Positions 26,352-32,000 of a stretch of DNA of 32,000 nucleotides are shown here, in pieces (the first letter of the stretch is position 1; every line of letters starts with the position of its first letter). The notes below the pieces were generated by a model. The model was not told the origin of the DNA, made no database searches, and saw only the letters and a program-made list of their open reading frames with translations. This stretch comes from Saccharolobus solfataricus (GTDB lineage: Archaea > Thermoproteota > Thermoprotei_A > Sulfolobales > Sulfolobaceae). Both the position numbers and the translations under genes were made by a program. The stretch covers positions 1,290,001-1,322,000 of the forward strand of contig NZ_LT549890.1 of assembly GCF_900079115.1 (NCBI RefSeq), given 5' to 3'.

Positions 26352-29300
26352 ATGAGGAGAATCTTCAAAGCAGAGCAGATTGAAGAGATGCTTAGTAATA
26401 GAAATAAGGTATTTATAGGAGGTCTACCTTTTAGTGGTAAAACTACCCTAATAAATAAATTTTATAATAAGCATAAAAATGAGGAAATACAATTTATTGA
26501 ATTGCCTAAAAAATTCAACAGTACTGATGAATTGAATGAATGGAAGAATAAAATAAAGGGAATTCGGAGGGGTATAATAGAAGGAAGAACTTACATAATA
26601 GAACTCTTATTAGGTAAGGTATCAATAGCTACTACACCATCTCTTCAATCTCCCTATTTGGATTTTAGGGGAAATGCAGTAAGCATGAGGAGTATAGATG
26701 CTATTAAGAGAATATATAAAAATGGTATAAAGGATGATAAGGTAGTATCTAAGATTTTAATGTACTCAACTATTACTACGCCAAATTACTTTACAATCAT
26801 ACCTAAATTAGTAAATGAAGGGATCGAGTTATATAAGCAAGGTAAGTTAGATAAGGTCTTAGAGATTGTATTAGGAGTAAAGAGATTGTACTCTTCATTT
26901 CCTAAAATAGATATAAATGGAGAGGATAGTATAACTTATGCTTTAGGATCAGTCTTACCTAGGAATATAGATTTTAAAACAGCGTGGAGCGAGTTAAGTG
27001 AAACGTGGAAAGAGTTAGTATATTATAGGCTTGACTCCGCGTTAAGACTTCTGCCCGGTAGTGCAGAGAAAATCATTGGTCAAAAAGACATTAAACCTTT
27101 AGGAGATAAGGTAGAGGTAGTTGATATAGAACCCTTTTTCGTAGATTTAGTTGAATGGGGGAAGTCGATTATTCTCGACGGTAATAATCTCTGTATAGTA
27201 GGTCCATTACGCTCTGCAAAATCTTCCCTAGCAAATTATATATATTCTATGGTTAATTCTAAAGATGTTTCTTTGTTAGATTATAATAATTACGATCTAT
27301 TAAGCTTAGATAAGAAAATAAAATCTGAAAATAAAAAATATATTGCAGTTCTCACTGACGATATTTTTTATTCGATTCCCGTAGAATGTAAAGTAATAGA
27401 ATCGAGAAGTTATATTAAAGACTTCATTGATTACCTTTATTTAAAGAATAATGTAAGACGCGTAAAAGGCGCTAACCCTAATGTGCCGATTCACTATTAC
27501 TATCTTTATAAATTAAAATATAATATGTCCGATGAACAAATATATAATGAGTACAAATCTGATATGAACAAATATATTACAAATACCATTTTCGGAAATA
27601 ATAAAGAATTAATCAATAATTATCTCTCACTTCTAATTTTAGGTAAAAAATATTTACTACTACCTGTGAAAGTTAGTGAAATAGTATTGAATAGCCTTAA
27701 CAAACAAATAGATAAAACTTTTATTAACTGGTTCTCAGTATTCGATTTTACAGACTATGATGTAGATGCAAATGAGGAAATGGAAAAGGCAGTATATGAG
27801 GCATTATATAAAGTAAGGGAAGAGCTCATAAGAGTAGTTAAGGAGAATAGATTTGAGGAAGATCTACTTAAAGTCTATTTCGACGCCATATCAAGGTATC
27901 CAACTGATAACGATACCAGAATCGACGAGTTTATAAAGACGGGATACGGACATTATTCTCCAATTGTGTACCTTCTACTTTATAATCCCGACATAATAGA
28001 GGAATTTAATTGGGATTTAGGTGAAAGAGTCAATCAAGCCTGCAGTTCATTAAAAAGTTTAGAGGATATAATCTGGAAGGGTATAACTAGTTCGAAAGAT
28101 ATTGTTGACAAATTATTGGAAGAAGTAATGAATTTCGCTGAATATAAACCGTCAAATTACGCTAGTATTTATGAAATATTATCGTCTGAAAACGTTAATA
28201 TAGAATGTTTAAGAAAGGCGTTTAACATATTAAAGTGGTATATAAGCACTCTAGATGATCGACTTGTATTCCTGAAATTTGAAAATAAGTTATATAATGT
28301 TATATTAAAGACAAAGGATGATAAGCTAATAAACTACTATTTGAAAATGAGTTTTAAAGGCACTACGCGAAGTGCCATATACATTAATCCTGAACACATC
28401 AGCAAAATTGCCGAAATTTCAGATAACGCCAGACTGGAAGCCTTACCTTTAGTAATACTAAATAAAGCGATTAACGACGAGAAGGAAATAGACAAGATTA
28501 TTGATCCCATAGAAACTTATGCTGCATTGCTAGCAATTATGCGTTTGGAAATCGATGCAATAGCTGAAGGTAAGATAGAGACTATCATTAAGTATTATAG
28601 GTATCTAGATGAGCTTTATGATAAATTTGTTAAAAAAGATGTTAGGAAAATCGACGAAAAAGTATTATTTACGCTTTATGATATAGCTTTTGATTTGAAT
28701 GTAAATGAAAAGAGAGAAATATTGGATTTCTTAGCTGAGGAGAAGGAATTTGTAGATTCCGGATACGGACTAATAATGTTTTACTATTATAAAGTTAAAG
28801 ATAATTTAAAGGAAGTTCTTGACTACATTACTACGTTAATTGAACCATATTATAATCTTTTAATAAAAATAAGGAGAATGTATAATGACGAGGACGTATA
28901 TGAACTATTCGAAGCATATAAGATAAAATTAGCTAAGACACTTATCACTTCAAGATACGATTATAAGTTAGTGCTGCAGGATATAATTGACTTATTGTCA
29001 AAAGCTAATATAAGTGATAGGGCATTAAAAAGGAGAATATTAGGTGCGTATTATATATCGAAATTCTTGCTATACGGAGAAGCTAAGAAAATTAAAGTAA
29101 GGGGACCGGAAGAGATACTTTATAGGGTAGCATTAGCATTAACCGGAAATGAAGAGATGAAAAAGGAGTTCTATAAAACTGTTGAAAATATGGAAATTAA
29201 TGATAAACTAATAGTGGAAAATTTAGATTATACCTTAGAAAATTTAGCATCTAATGACTATTTAATACCAATATTGGAAATATACTTCTATCTAAAAGGT

Positions 29301-29447
29301 GATAATGAGAAGTTATCAAAAGTAATGAAATATGTTGAAAAAGAACTATTGGGAGTACCTACATTTATACTTCATAAGCTATTCAACGAAATTAATGTTA
29401 AAGGGAATAGGAATAAATATATTGCATCATTAATATTGTTTATATAA
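26352..29447 (+). CDS. large (1031 aa) protein with two P-loop NTPase-like modules and a long helical repeat-like C-terminal region
   Basis: Walker A GGLPFSGKTT is near the N-terminus. A second, degenerate P-loop is IVGPLRSAKSS, followed by a Walker-B-like YIAVLTDD. The remaining roughly 650 aa are helical, K/E/Y/L-rich and TPR/HEAT-like by composition only. An in-frame stop lies directly upstream of the ATG. Confidence 0.75.
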   Translation: MRRIFKAEQIEEMLSNRNKVFIGGLPFSGKTTLINKFYNKHKNEEIQFIELPKKFNSTDELNEWKNKIKGIRRGIIEGRTYIIELLLGKVSIATTPSLQSPYLDFRGNAVSMRSIDAIKRIYKNGIKDDKVVSKILMYSTITTPNYFTIIPKLVNEGIELYKQGKLDKVLEIVLGVKRLYSSFPKIDINGEDSITYALGSVLPRNIDFKTAWSELSETWKELVYYRLDSALRLLPGSAEKIIGQKDIKPLGDKVEVVDIEPFFVDLVEWGKSIILDGNNLCIVGPLRSAKSSLANYIYSMVNSKDVSLLDYNNYDLLSLDKKIKSENKKYIAVLTDDIFYSIPVECKVIESRSYIKDFIDYLYLKNNVRRVKGANPNVPIHYYYLYKLKYNMSDEQIYNEYKSDMNKYITNTIFGNNKELINNYLSLLILGKKYLLLPVKVSEIVLNSLNKQIDKTFINWFSVFDFTDYDVDANEEMEKAVYEALYKVREELIRVVKENRFEEDLLKVYFDAISRYPTDNDTRIDEFIKTGYGHYSPIVYLLLYNPDIIEEFNWDLGERVNQACSSLKSLEDIIWKGITSSKDIVDKLLEEVMNFAEYKPSNYASIYEILSSENVNIECLRKAFNILKWYISTLDDRLVFLKFENKLYNVILKTKDDKLINYYLKMSFKGTTRSAIYINPEHISKIAEISDNARLEALPLVILNKAINDEKEIDKIIDPIETYAALLAIMRLEIDAIAEGKIETIIKYYRYLDELYDKFVKKDVRKIDEKVLFTLYDIAFDLNVNEKREILDFLAEEKEFVDSGYGLIMFYYYKVKDNLKEVLDYITTLIEPYYNLLIKIRRMYNDEDVYELFEAYKIKLAKTLITSRYDYKLVLQDIIDLLSKANISDRALKRRILGAYYISKFLLYGEAKKIKVRGPEEILYRVALALTGNEEMKKEFYKTVENMEINDKLIVENLDYTLENLASNDYLIPILEIYFYLKGDNEKLSKVMKYVEKELLGVPTFILHKLFNEINVKGNRNKYIASLILFI

Positions 29448-29892
29448 ATTTTCTATATTTTAATAAATTATAATGGAAATAATAGTTGTCCTTCCTCAGT
29501 CTCATCGAGCTGGTCTGAATTAAGGAGTCACACTCTTCTTTTCCATACAACTATAATGTATGCTATCCCATTATGAGTGATATAACTCACGTTGAGTAGA
29601 GGTATATGGTTTATCTTCTCTATTGAAGACGTGATTGAAAAATCCTGGGTAGTTGCGACGATTACGAATAGGTCTATTGCGTATTCGCTTAAGAAAGATC
29701 AAAACGGCTAATGCGAAATAGTTTATTCATCATTTTATCTATTATATTAGTAAAGTGGGAAAAAATAATATCTCCGATTTAAAACCATTTCTCCAGATTT
29801 CATCAAATATTTATTCAGAGATAGCACTTTACAAACTTTTCATGACAATCACTGCTCAGAATTTCACAATTTTTCTCCTTTCCTTACACTCC

Positions 29893-31596
<1,704 letters not shown>

Positions 31597-32000
31597 GATT
31601 AATCCCAAAAGGAATTGAAAGGCAGATATTTCAGTAGATATTCTGCTAAGTGTTACTCCTCGATTAATCCCAAAAGGAATTGAAAGATTTCATATTCAAT
31701 TGCTTTCTCAGTGTCGCAACCTAACTTGATTAATCCCAAAAGGAATTGAAAGTTTTTGTATACCCTAAATCAAATAATATTAATGCAGTTGATTAATCCC
31801 AAAAGGAATTGAAAGTTTGCAAAATTAAGCGCTTTCTCTATCAGCTCAGTTGGGATTAATCCCAAAAGGAATTGAAAGATCTTCTGGCGCATCGCCAAGC
31901 TTAGGCAGAGCTAGAGATTAATCCCAAAAGGAATTGAAAGCCCAATCTTTCAATTGCATTTGGCAAAATCCTAGCCGATTAATCCCAAAAGGAATTGAAA
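31597..32000 (+). CRISPR. CRISPR array: 25-nt repeat GATTAATCCCAAAAGGAATTGAAAG, 7 repeats (the last cut by the window edge), 6 spacers of 36-41 nt
   Basis: Repeats start at 31597, 31662, 31728, 31791, 31854, 31916 and 31977, and all are identical. Spacers are 31622-31661, 31687-31727, 31753-31790, 31816-31853, 31879-31915 and 31941-31976. The leader on the left and the 3' ATTGAAAG (source of the 8-nt crRNA 5' handle) indicate plus-strand transcription. Confidence 0.97.

Noticed and set aside
29732-29738. ATGATGA (C-box-like) on the minus strand as a possible C/D box sRNA
   Set aside because: No CTGA D box and no C'/D' pair at the expected 50-70 nt spacing. Other ATGATGA occurrences are inside CDSs.
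29448-29892. Short broken reading frames on both strands (for example MEIIVVLPQSHRAGLN on the plus strand; MMNKLFRISRFDLS followed, in another frame, by a basic stretch on the minus strand) that might be a decayed small gene
   Set aside because: There are multiple stops or frame changes and no recognisable family. I cannot support a feature.
31941-31976. Spacer 6 contains ctttcaatt, identical to the start of the reverse-complemented repeat
   Set aside because: It is only a 9-nt match, does not change the repeat periodicity, and is most likely coincidence.
31622-31976. Possible self-targeting spacers against the IS/MITE or cluster sequences in this window
   Set aside because: I found no convincing match by eye. 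A proper search (BLASTN-short of the six spacers against the genome and virus databases) is needed before any claim.

Overview
AT-rich archaeal chromosomal segment that looks like Sulfolobales (Saccharolobus/Sulfolobus solfataricus-islandicus type). This call rests on the CRISPR repeat GATTAATCCCAAAAGGAATTGAAAG, cas6, csx1, leaderless-type TATA spacing and a very dense IS/MITE load. From left to right: (1) a tnpB-only IS200/IS605-family element. (2) A thiamine-diphosphate 2-oxoacid dehydrogenase E1 alpha/beta pair. (3) A junkyard of MITEs and a defective IS1-like element that also holds a vestigial CRISPR leader plus 1-spacer array on the minus strand. (4) A roughly 13 kb cluster (6.1-19.5 kb) of membrane or secreted proteins. 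Its core is a gene for a membrane-anchored, coiled-coil, tubulin/FtsZ-superfamily GTPase (about 1037 aa once reconstructed). That gene and the next one are each split by a near-identical, GC-rich 1.23 kb IS in opposite orientations, and the cluster is bracketed by two divergently oriented paralogous genes. (5) An IS605-derived MITE, IS1-like debris, cas6, a small helical protein and a cas6 3' remnant. (6) Three IS elements stacked in one intergenic region: an IS630-like element, an IS110-like element split by a 79-bp MITE, and a decayed DDE transposase. (7) A 1031-aa protein with two P-loop modules. (8) csx1 (CARF-HEPN), a CRISPR leader and the start of a CRISPR array that runs off the window. 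I recognised no tRNA or rRNA. The most interesting candidate is the tubulin/FtsZ-like envelope cluster. It sits between two outward-reading CRISPR leaders and has been inactivated twice by the same IS. All family assignments come from motif reading by eye; no database search was possible.
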